Shown here in pieces: positions 51,251-59,388 of a stretch of DNA of 64,000 nucleotides; the first letter of the stretch is position 1, and every line of letters starts with the position of its first letter. The notes beneath the pieces were generated by a model. It was not told the origin of the DNA and did no database searches. It saw only the letters and a list, made by a program, of their open reading frames with translations. Origin of the DNA: Pseudomonadota bacterium (GTDB lineage Bacteria > Pseudomonadota > Gammaproteobacteria > Pseudomonadales > JADFDG01); NCBI GenBank assembly GCA_049324495.1, contig JBMOOP010000110.1, positions 26,027 to 90,026 on the forward strand, written 5' to 3'. Both the position numbers and the translations under genes were made by a program.

Positions 51251-52604
51251 TGCGATTTTTTCTGATGAAATTGCGATTCGCGTGCAAGGTCTGAGCAAGT
51301 GCTACCAGATCTACGAAACGCCGAGCGACCGGCTCAAGCAGTTTGTTGCGCCGCGATTGCAGCGCCTGGTCGGGCGGCCTGCCGGGCAGTATTTCCGTGA
51401 ATTCTGGGCGCTCAAGGATGTTTCGTTTGAGGTCAGGAAAGGCGAGACGGTCGGCATTATCGGGCGCAACGGCTCGGGCAAATCGACCTTGCTGCAAATC
51501 ATTTGCGGCACGCTCTCGCCCACCAGCGGCAGCGTGGAAACCTTTGGTCGGATTGCCGCCTTGCTGGAGTTAGGTTCCGGCTTTAATCCCGAATTCACGG
51601 GGCGTGAGAACGTCTACCTGAATGCCGCTGTATTGGGGCTCAGCAAGGAAGAAGTTGACGCGCGGTTCGATGCTATCGCGGCCTTTGCCGATATCGGCGA
51701 GTTCATCGAGCAGCCGGTAAAAACCTATTCGAGCGGGATGTTTGTGCGACTCGCTTTTGCAATCCAGGCGAATGTCGATCCGGAAATATTGATCGTCGAT
51801 GAGGCGTTGGCTGTTGGCGATGCCTACTTTGTGCATCGGTGCATGGCTCGTTTCCACGAGCTTCAGGAAAAGGGCACGACCATCGTGTTCGTCAGCCACG
51901 ACGCCAGCGCTGTAAAGCGCCTGTGCGCCAGGGCGCTGTGGTTCAAGAATGGGCACTTGATCCTGGACGGGAATGCGACGGTTGTTGTCGATGCATATCT
52001 CCAGGACTTGTTCGGCCTGGACGACAAGAAAACAAGCGGTACGGCTGTGGTGCTTTCCGAGGAAAAAATATCTGGGGGAAATAACGTCAGTCTGAAGCTG
52101 GCTTTGCCGCCAGGCGACGGCCGCCTTGGCGCGGGGGCGCTGGAAATCACCGGCATGCTGCTGTCTGACGCGCGTGGATTACCAGCTGGCACGGTCGGCT
52201 GGAATGAGGTTGTTTGCCTGCTGCTGGAAATACAGAACAAGGACGTGCCACCCGGCCAGGCCATCAGCACCGGTTACATCGTGCGAGACGGCAAGGGCAT
52301 CGAAATCGCCAGCGCGAATACGCGCTGGCAGGACGTCGAGGTTTTTGCGCCGGCGCGGGGCGGGTTTGTTCGCGTGTTGATCGAAGTGACAATCCCGATG
52401 CTGCATCCGGGTCATTACTCGCTGACGCCCAGTGTTTCCTCGATTGCCGGGGATCAGAAACAGGTTGTTCAGGATCGCATCCTGAATGCGCTTATTTTTG
52501 AAGTGACGACCAGCGAGGAAATCGTGACGCCCATTCGGTTTGCAACCAAATACTCTGTGTTGCCTTCGGGGCGACCGGCACCAGGTTCGGAGGAAATCGG
52601 CTGA
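51240..52604 (+). CDS. wzt: polysaccharide ABC exporter ATPase with about 190-aa C-terminal extension (Wzt-C-like)
   Basis: Walker A GRNGSGKST, signature YSSGM, Walker B ILIVDEAL. A beta-rich C-terminal domain follows about residue 255. Confidence 0.88.
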   Translation: MSSDAIFSDEIAIRVQGLSKCYQIYETPSDRLKQFVAPRLQRLVGRPAGQYFREFWALKDVSFEVRKGETVGIIGRNGSGKSTLLQIICGTLSPTSGSVETFGRIAALLELGSGFNPEFTGRENVYLNAAVLGLSKEEVDARFDAIAAFADIGEFIEQPVKTYSSGMFVRLAFAIQANVDPEILIVDEALAVGDAYFVHRCMARFHELQEKGTTIVFVSHDASAVKRLCARALWFKNGHLILDGNATVVVDAYLQDLFGLDDKKTSGTAVVLSEEKISGGNNVSLKLALPPGDGRLGAGALEITGMLLSDARGLPAGTVGWNEVVCLLLEIQNKDVPPGQAISTGYIVRDGKGIEIASANTRWQDVEVFAPARGGFVRVLIEVTIPMLHPGHYSLTPSVSSIAGDQKQVVQDRILNALIFEVTTSEEIVTPIRFATKYSVLPSGRPAPGSEEIG

Positions 52605-53425
52605 TGGATCGTTTCTTTATCTCCGGCTGCCAGCGATCGGGGACGACCATGCTGCGGTTGGTGCTTGAGTCGCATCCCGCGGTGCTGTGTGTCGACGAGG
52701 CGGTTGGTTACGACATCCTCGTCCGCGAATCAAAAGGCGAGCGTTGCGAGATTCCCGCCAAGGCGGGTGCGACGCTTCTCGGGTTCAAGATTCCGCGCTT
52801 CACGGAACAGTTGCTGTGGAAGGAGTTTGTCGATCTGGACTATGGCGCATTTCCGTCTTTCTACAAGGACGAAAAAGTCATTCATATTGTCAGGGATGCG
52901 CTGGACGTGATCGGATCGATGATGAAATTGAAGACCGAGGGCGGCGCGTCGTGGCTCGACCGATACGGCCGCAGCATTCTTCAGGCCCTGGTCAGGCACC
53001 CGAACATCAGTGCGCAATACCGGCAGGCATATGAGGATCTGGAGCACCGGGGGCTGCCGTCTCACCTGGTGGGGGCGCTTTATTGGCAGGTCAAGAACCA
53101 GGGGCTTCTTGACCTGCTTGAACACGGCAAGCCGGTCTACCCGGTCAGGTATGAATCCCTGGTTGGCTCGCCGGGGAGCGAGTTGCTGAAACTCGTTCAA
53201 TTCCTGGGCGTGAACTGGAGCGACTCGTTGCTCAATCACCCCGGAAGCCCGCATGCGGAGATCGATGAAAAGGGGCTGGCGATTGGCGAAACCGATCCGC
53301 TTCGAACCATCGATATGCAATCGATAGGCGGCCATCGTCAGGTGATGACCGAATTGCAGATCCAGGATGTCAGGCAGTACGTTGAATCTTTTTCAAAACG
53401 AATTGATTGCGCGATAACGACATGA
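52604..53425 (+). CDS. sulfotransferase-family protein
   Basis: 5'-PSB-like loop FISGCQRSGTTML. Later RYESLV (3'-PB-like). 273 aa, cytoplasmic. Confidence 0.75.
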   Translation: MDRFFISGCQRSGTTMLRLVLESHPAVLCVDEAVGYDILVRESKGERCEIPAKAGATLLGFKIPRFTEQLLWKEFVDLDYGAFPSFYKDEKVIHIVRDALDVIGSMMKLKTEGGASWLDRYGRSILQALVRHPNISAQYRQAYEDLEHRGLPSHLVGALYWQVKNQGLLDLLEHGKPVYPVRYESLVGSPGSELLKLVQFLGVNWSDSLLNHPGSPHAEIDEKGLAIGETDPLRTIDMQSIGGHRQVMTELQIQDVRQYVESFSKRIDCAITT

Positions 53426-56400
53426 TCTTTGACCAATACAGTCGCTACAAAGCCTGCGCCGATTTGCTTCGGCTTGCCGGCTTTTCTCCAGGTCAGTCTG
53501 TACTCGACGCAGGCAGTGGGCCGGAGTGCCTGTTCGGGCAATTCATGCCGGATGCTGCGATGACCTATGTCGATCCGCTGATCCCGGGCGGTTCCGGATC
53601 GAACCATATCACCGGCGACGTCTTTGCCGGCCAGCTGGATGGGCAGCTTTTTGATTGCGTGTCTTCTGTCGACGTTCTGGAGCATGTGCCGCCGCAAGAT
53701 CGCAAGGCAATGTTGCAGCGCTTGTCATCGTTGAGCCGGCATACCTTGATTCTCGGCTTTCCCACGTCCGACTCTTCCCGTGCGCTGGAGACGGACAGGG
53801 CCATCGAGGATCAATACCGGGCTGTTTATGGCCGGGATTATTCGTGGCTTGAGGAGCACCACAAGTTTGGTCTCCCGTCCCTCGCGGAAACGGTGACGCA
53901 GTTAAGTGAGTTGGGATGGCATTGCCAGTCGGTTGGCCACGGCCACGCGCCCTGGCTGCAGGAACTGCTGGGCTTTGTGATTTGCGCGTGGGAAATCCCC
54001 GGGTTGAAGGATGTCGTTCTGAAGATCAGCGATCGCTTCAATCGCGAATTGTATCCCCATGACTTTTTGTCCCCGCACTACCGGCAGTTTGTCATTGCCA
54101 CGCGCAATCCGGTGCCGCGCATCGTTCCGCCTGCGGGCGCAGGAAGCCGCAGTGATGCCGAGGCTCTCTTCCGGGCACTGATGGAAGATGCGCACCACCA
54201 GTATTTCGCCGCCAGCATGCGGCAACTTGTCGATCGGGAAATCCTGGTTGTCGAGCGGAATGCCGTGCTGGCTGAGCGCGACCACGAGGTCGGCGCCCTC
54301 AACGCGAAGATTCAGGAAGTGTCTGCCTGGGGCAAGAAATTGCAGGGTGAAATGGTCGAGCGCGACCGGCAGGTGGGCGCGCTCAATGCGCAGGTCGAGA
54401 AGGTCTCCATCTGGGGCAAAACCCTGCAGGACAGGGTAGCTGAGCGTAACGCGCAGATCGATGTGCTCAACGCAAAGATTGAAGAAATATCTACCTGGTC
54501 CCAGGCCATGCAGGGCGCGCGAGACGCGGCCCTTGCCGAGAAAGACGCGGCCCTTGCCGAGAAAGACGCGGCTCTTGCCGAGAAAGACGCGGCTCTTGCC
54601 GAGAAAGACGCGGCCCTTGCCGAGAAAGACGCGGCCCTTGCCGAGAAAGACGCGGCCCTTGCCGAGAAAGACGCGGCCCTTGCAGCGAGGGATGCAGCGC
54701 TTGCCGAAACCGGGGTGGTGAGCAACGAACGCGATGACGCGCTGCGCCTGCGCAATGATTACATGCGCCTGGTCGATCTCATGCGCAGCAGCCTGTCATG
54801 GCGCCTGACCATGCCGCTGCGGTTGATTGCCAGAATTTTCCGGCACGGCCTCGTCGGCGATGACCGCCGCCGGGTTGTCGACATGTTGCGGCGCCTGTAC
54901 CACCGGGTGCCGTTGCCGGCGGCAGTGCGATACCGTGTCAGCCAACACATGCAAAGTCGCCGGCGTGGTTTTGTGTTGTCGGTTGAACCGCAGAGGGATT
55001 CGCCGCTGTCGACCATGCCCGATTCTGCAGTCAGGCTGGAGGTTCAGCAGTCGGGCCTTCCGGATTACATCTTTTGGGGCGTGATTGACTGGCATTTCCG
55101 GCACCAGCGCCCGCAGCAGTTGGCGCAGGCGCTGGCCGACAGCGGGCGTCGCGTGTTTTACGTGTCGGAATCGATGGTCGACAATGAAGCGCCGGGCTTC
55201 GATATCGAGCCGCTCGGCGATACCGGCCGGCTGTTCAGCATCAGGTTGTTCGTGAAGGGCGCGCCGGTGATTTATCACTCGGTTCCGACCGGCGACCATA
55301 TCGTGCAGTTGCGGCAAAGCGTGGGCGAATTGCTGGCCTGGGCCAACACCGGCTCGACCGTGTCGATGGTCCAGCACCCGTTCTGGCTCAACGTGGCCGC
55401 TGCGCTGCCTGACGGCCGGCTTGTATACGACTGCATGGATCACCACGAAGGCTTCGGCAACGTGCCGCCGGAAATGATTGCCATGGAGCGGGCGCTGCTC
55501 GCCAGCGCCGACCTCACCATCACGACATCTTCCTGGCTGGACCAGATCGTTGCCGGCAAGACCGCTAACCGCGCCATCATCCGCAATGCCGGCGAGTTCG
55601 AGCATTTTGCACGGGTGCCGGGCGACATCTTCCGCGATCCGAAGGGGCGGCGCGTCATCGGCTACTACGGCGCCATTGCCGAGTGGTTCGATATCGAACT
55701 GGTCGCGGCGATTGCGCAGAAATTTTCGGATTGCTGCATCCTGCTGATCGGCTCCGATACCGTGAACGCCAAGGGCGTGCTCGGCAAATATTCCAACGTC
55801 ACGTTTACCGGCGAGATTCCCTATGCGGAACTGCCGCGCTACCTGCATGCGTTTGATGTGTGCCTGCTGCCGTTCAGGGTCATCCCACTGACGCTGGCCA
55901 CCAACCCGGTGAAGGTCTACGAATACCTGAGTGCGGGAAAGCCGGTCGTGGTCGTGGATCTGCCCGAGATGGCGCAGTTCGGCGACCTGGTCGATGTTGC
56001 GCGGAATCATGACGAGTACTGCGCTGCCATTGAGCGGCACCTCGCACTAAAAGCTGCTCCGGCGGCAGTGGCAGCACGGCAGGAGTTCGGCCGCAACCAG
56101 ACTTGGGGTCACCGTGCGACGAAACTGATCGAGCATGTTGAATCGGCAGCGGGAGATCCGCCGGTCAGCGTGATCGTTGTCACGTACAACAATATCGAAT
56201 TGACCAAGGCTTGCCTCGCGAGCCTCGATGCGCATTCGCACTACGGCAACATCGAGATCATCGTCGTCGATAACGCGTCCAGCGACGGCTCACCGGAATT
56301 TCTTGCCGACTGGGTAAAGCAGGCGGGTAACCGCAAGCTGATCCTGAATACTGACAACCGGGGTTTTGCGGCGGCGAACAACCAGGGCCTGGCGATTGCA

Positions 56401-56940
56401 TCCGGTGATTATCTCGTCCTGCTGAACAATGACACCTACGTTACGCCCGGCTGGGTCAGGACGATGGTGAACCACATGCGTCGCAATACCGGCCTCGGCC
56501 TGCTGGGGCCGGTGACGAACAATATCGGCAACGAAGCGCGCATCGAGATTTCCTACGAGTCGATGGACGAGATGCTGGTTCGGTCTCGCGAACACACGCG
56601 TCGCCGGATCGGCCGGATATTCCCGCTGCGCACTGCCGCGTTTTTCTGCGTGATGATTCCCAGGAAGACGTATGAGGCCGTTGGCCCGCTCGACGAGGCG
56701 TTCGGCCGTGGCTTCTTCGAAGATGACGATTATTGTCGCCGCGTGGAGCAACTCGGATTGCAGGTCGGTTGTGCCGAAGATGTGTTCATTCACCACCACC
56801 TTTCCGCGTCGTTCAACAAGCTGAAGCAGGAAGACCGGCAGCGTCTCTTCGAAGAAAACAAGAAAATCTACGAGGCGAAGTGGGGTGCGTGGATTCCGCA
56901 TACCTATGAACGGGTCGGCGAGGGGGGGGCGCCGCCGTGA
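53422..56940 (+). CDS. four-module protein: class-I SAM methyltransferase / coiled coil / GT4-like (TuaH-like) glycosyltransferase / GT2 glycosyltransferase
   Basis: MTase motifs VLDAGSGPE, FDCVSSVDVLEHV. Heptad repeats 54274-54711. GT4-like VIGYYGAIAEWFDIELV...NPVKVYEYLSAGKPVV. GT2 VSVIVVTYNN...VVDNASSDGS...NNDT...FEDDDY. ATGA overlap with the sulfotransferase gene. Confidence 0.85.
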   Translation: MIFDQYSRYKACADLLRLAGFSPGQSVLDAGSGPECLFGQFMPDAAMTYVDPLIPGGSGSNHITGDVFAGQLDGQLFDCVSSVDVLEHVPPQDRKAMLQRLSSLSRHTLILGFPTSDSSRALETDRAIEDQYRAVYGRDYSWLEEHHKFGLPSLAETVTQLSELGWHCQSVGHGHAPWLQELLGFVICAWEIPGLKDVVLKISDRFNRELYPHDFLSPHYRQFVIATRNPVPRIVPPAGAGSRSDAEALFRALMEDAHHQYFAASMRQLVDREILVVERNAVLAERDHEVGALNAKIQEVSAWGKKLQGEMVERDRQVGALNAQVEKVSIWGKTLQDRVAERNAQIDVLNAKIEEISTWSQAMQGARDAALAEKDAALAEKDAALAEKDAALAEKDAALAEKDAALAEKDAALAEKDAALAARDAALAETGVVSNERDDALRLRNDYMRLVDLMRSSLSWRLTMPLRLIARIFRHGLVGDDRRRVVDMLRRLYHRVPLPAAVRYRVSQHMQSRRRGFVLSVEPQRDSPLSTMPDSAVRLEVQQSGLPDYIFWGVIDWHFRHQRPQQLAQALADSGRRVFYVSESMVDNEAPGFDIEPLGDTGRLFSIRLFVKGAPVIYHSVPTGDHIVQLRQSVGELLAWANTGSTVSMVQHPFWLNVAAALPDGRLVYDCMDHHEGFGNVPPEMIAMERALLASADLTITTSSWLDQIVAGKTANRAIIRNAGEFEHFARVPGDIFRDPKGRRVIGYYGAIAEWFDIELVAAIAQKFSDCCILLIGSDTVNAKGVLGKYSNVTFTGEIPYAELPRYLHAFDVCLLPFRVIPLTLATNPVKVYEYLSAGKPVVVVDLPEMAQFGDLVDVARNHDEYCAAIERHLALKAAPAAVAARQEFGRNQTWGHRATKLIEHVESAAGDPPVSVIVVTYNNIELTKACLASLDAHSHYGNIEIIVVDNASSDGSPEFLADWVKQAGNRKLILNTDNRGFAAANNQGLAIASGDYLVLLNNDTYVTPGWVRTMVNHMRRNTGLGLLGPVTNNIGNEARIEISYESMDEMLVRSREHTRRRIGRIFPLRTAAFFCVMIPRKTYEAVGPLDEAFGRGFFEDDDYCRRVEQLGLQVGCAEDVFIHHHLSASFNKLKQEDRQRLFEENKKIYEAKWGAWIPHTYERVGEGGAPP
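54274..54525 (+). repeat. 3 x 84-bp diverged in-frame tandem repeat (28-aa units = 4 heptads each)
   Basis: ERDHEVGALNAKIQEVSAWGKKLQGEMV / ERDRQVGALNAQVEKVSIWGKTLQDRVA / ERNAQIDVLNAKIEEISTWSQAMQGARD. Units start at 54274, 54358 and 54442. Confidence 0.85.
54523..54711 (+). repeat. 9 x 21-bp in-frame tandem repeat (heptad DAALAEK)
   Basis: Seven copies of GACGCGGC(C/T)CTTGCCGAGAAA (54523-54669) differing only by one synonymous C/T. Two diverged copies follow (DAALAAR, DAALAET). Confidence 0.95.
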
Positions 56941-57311
56941 GCGGCCAGCTCTTCCGGTTCTTGGCAACCGGTGCCCTCGCGACGGCGCTGCAGTATATCG
57001 TGCTCTGGTTCGGCGTCGAGATGCTCGCCTGGCAGCCAGTGCGGGCGTCGGGCGCCGGCTACCTGGCGGGTTCTGTACTGAGTTATGTACTCAACTATTT
57101 CTTCACGTTCGGAAGCGATCGCAGCCATCCCGAAACGGTCATGAAGTTCTATGTAATGGTTGCGATCGGCTGGTGCGTGAATACTGGGTCAATGGCGTTC
57201 CTGACCCAGTTCCTGCACTGGGGTGTCTGGGTTTCCCAGGTCCTCGCTACGATCATCACGCTCGTCTGGAATTTCCTGATTTCCCGTCACATTGTCTTTC
57301 GGTCGAACTGA
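56937..57311 (+). CDS. GtrA-family small membrane protein
   Basis: FRFLATGALATALQYIVLWF..., four TM helices, 124 aa. GTGA overlap with the upstream gene. Confidence 0.8.
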   Translation: MSGQLFRFLATGALATALQYIVLWFGVEMLAWQPVRASGAGYLAGSVLSYVLNYFFTFGSDRSHPETVMKFYVMVAIGWCVNTGSMAFLTQFLHWGVWVSQVLATIITLVWNFLISRHIVFRSN

Positions 57312-57312
57312 T

Positions 57313-58290
57313 ATGAAAAAGCTTATCTCAGTCATTGTCCCCGCCTTCAACGAGGAGGATGTCATCGATATCTTCCACGCCAGCATGAGTGAGGTGTTCG
57401 ACAGGCTGCCGCAATATCGCTGCGAGATGATATTCGTCAACGATGGGAGTTCGGACCGTACCCGGGAGATCATCCTCGCGCTCGCGGGCCGGGATCCGCG
57501 CGTTTCGGTGATTTCCCTGTCACGCAATTTCGGCAAGGAAGCGGCGATGACGGCCGGGTTCGATCATGCGCGCGGCGATGCCGTCGCGATCTTCGACGTC
57601 GACCTGCAGGATCCGCCGGATCTACTCTTCCAGTTCGTCGAACACTGGGAGAAGGGTTATGACGTCGTCTATGCGAAGCGCACCCACCGGGACGGCGAGT
57701 CCTGGGTGAAGAAGGTCACCGCGGCGGCTTTCTACCGCGTGATACAGAAGCTCTCTCGTGTTTCCATCCCGCAGGATACCGGCGACTGCCGCCTGATGAG
57801 CCGCCGGGTCGTGCAGGAACTTATCCGGCTGCGCGAGCATCACCGCTTCATGAAGGGGCTGTTCGCGTGGGTAGGCTTTCCGTCGATCGCGGTTGAGTAC
57901 CGCCGGGATCCCCGCGTCGCCGGGGAAACCAAGTTCAACTACTGGAAGCTCTGGAACTTCGCGCTCGAGGGCATCACGTCATTCACCATCGCGCCGTTGA
58001 AAATCGCCATGTACGTGGGTTTCCTGATCGCGGCAGGCGCTTTTCTCATGGGCGGCTGGATCGTACTCAAGACGCTGCTGTGGGGTGAGGCGGTTCGTGG
58101 TTACCCGACCCTCATCGTCACCGTCCTGTGCATGGGTGGCGTCCAGCTCTTCTTCATCGGGGTGCTGGGCGAGTACTTGGGGCGGATTTTCGGTGAGACC
58201 AAGAATCGGCCGCTCTACCTGGTCGAGTGTTTCCAGCCTTCGGCCGTGAGTGCAGGTGGTCCCGTTGAGCCGGAAACGGATCGGGGTTGA
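57313..58290 (+). CDS. polyprenyl-phosphate glycosyltransferase (GtrB/ArnC-like GT2)
   Basis: ISVIVPAFNEE...FVNDGSSDRT...FDVDLQDPP. Two C-terminal TM helices. Confidence 0.85.
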   Translation: MKKLISVIVPAFNEEDVIDIFHASMSEVFDRLPQYRCEMIFVNDGSSDRTREIILALAGRDPRVSVISLSRNFGKEAAMTAGFDHARGDAVAIFDVDLQDPPDLLFQFVEHWEKGYDVVYAKRTHRDGESWVKKVTAAAFYRVIQKLSRVSIPQDTGDCRLMSRRVVQELIRLREHHRFMKGLFAWVGFPSIAVEYRRDPRVAGETKFNYWKLWNFALEGITSFTIAPLKIAMYVGFLIAAGAFLMGGWIVLKTLLWGEAVRGYPTLIVTVLCMGGVQLFFIGVLGEYLGRIFGETKNRPLYLVECFQPSAVSAGGPVEPETDRG

Positions 58291-58356
58291 ATACTGGATT
58301 GGGCGGCGACGCCTTTCGCGCCGCTGCCAACGGTGAATTGAGGATGTTTCGACGCC

Positions 58357-59388
58357 ATGAAAATGCTGGGTGATCTGTTCAGCGGCCGCGAGAACAACAT
58401 GAACCTGATGCGGCTAGTGGCCGCATTCGCGGTCATATACGGGCATGCCTCCGCCATTACGGGGCATGGTCCGGGAGATATATTCCTGCAGCTTGTTGGT
58501 TTCAAGTTCATCGGTGGCGTCGCAGTCGACGTGTTCTTTGTGTTAAGCGGCTTCCTCGTTTGTGCGAGTGCGATGAGTGTCAACGGGCTCAAGTACTACT
58601 TCGCATCGCGCCTGCTGCGCATCTACCCGGCGTTGTTTGTGTGCGTTGGCTTGTCGGTGCTGGTCATCGGGCCGCTGCTGAGTGTCTCGGATATGTACTG
58701 GTCCGATCCGCAGACCTGGCGGTACCTGTTCAACAACGCCACGGCTTTCCGCACGGAATACTTCCTGCCCGGCGTCTTTACGAGCCTGCATGACCCGGCG
58801 GTGAATGGCTCGCTCTGGTCGCTCCAGGTCGAGGTCAGGCTCTATCTGATCCTCGCGTTGGCGGCGATCCTCGGTGTGTTCCGCAACAGGGCGCTGTTCA
58901 ATTTCCTGTTCTTCGCCACACTGGTCATCGGTTACCTGAAGCCTGACGTCTTTGGCGGTTTTCTCGGTCCGGAGAACCATCGCCACGTCGCGATGATGTT
59001 TCTGATCGGGGCTTTCGCGTGGATCAACCGTGACCAGATTCCGATGAGCCCGGTGTTCATGCTGGCCTTGCTGTTCTTCGCTGCGACCTTGCACGGCACC
59101 GACAAGTTCAACTATGCCTATTCGATCCTCCTGCCCTATGCCGTGCTCTACATCGCGGTAGCTCCGGGTGGGCGCTGGTTTGATCGCTTCGGTGATTACT
59201 CGTACGGCGTGTACCTGTATGGCTGGCTTTCGCAGCAACTGGTGATGGCCGCATATCCCGACGCGAGCAATGCGGCCAACGCCTGGCTCGGCGCTCTGCT
59301 CGCCCTGGCGTTCGCGATGATGTCATGGCATTTCATCGAGAAGCCGTCCCTTGCCTACAAGAAGTTGTTTGCCCGGAAGGTCGCATGA
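58357..59388 (+). CDS. acyltransferase-3 family integral membrane O-acyltransferase
   Basis: NNMNLMRLVAAFAVIYGHA, GVAVDVFFVLSGFL, about 10 TM helices. Confidence 0.85.
   Translation: MKMLGDLFSGRENNMNLMRLVAAFAVIYGHASAITGHGPGDIFLQLVGFKFIGGVAVDVFFVLSGFLVCASAMSVNGLKYYFASRLLRIYPALFVCVGLSVLVIGPLLSVSDMYWSDPQTWRYLFNNATAFRTEYFLPGVFTSLHDPAVNGSLWSLQVEVRLYLILALAAILGVFRNRALFNFLFFATLVIGYLKPDVFGGFLGPENHRHVAMMFLIGAFAWINRDQIPMSPVFMLALLFFAATLHGTDKFNYAYSILLPYAVLYIAVAPGGRWFDRFGDYSYGVYLYGWLSQQLVMAAYPDASNAANAWLGALLALAFAMMSWHFIEKPSLAYKKLFARKVA

Noticed and set aside
54523-54711. Regular 21-bp repeats considered as a possible CRISPR or other non-coding array
   Set aside because: The repeats are contiguous with no spacers. 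They are in-frame within a long ORF and encode a heptad.
54796-56040. 414-aa ORF antisense to the GT4-like module of the 1172-aa protein
   Set aside because: The sense strand shows specific paralogy to the 61974 gene. The antisense product is low-complexity.
58306-58333. GCGGCG...CGCCGC stem after the GtrB-like gene, considered as a terminator
   Set aside because: Short stem, 10-nt loop and no T-tract, inside a tightly linked operon.
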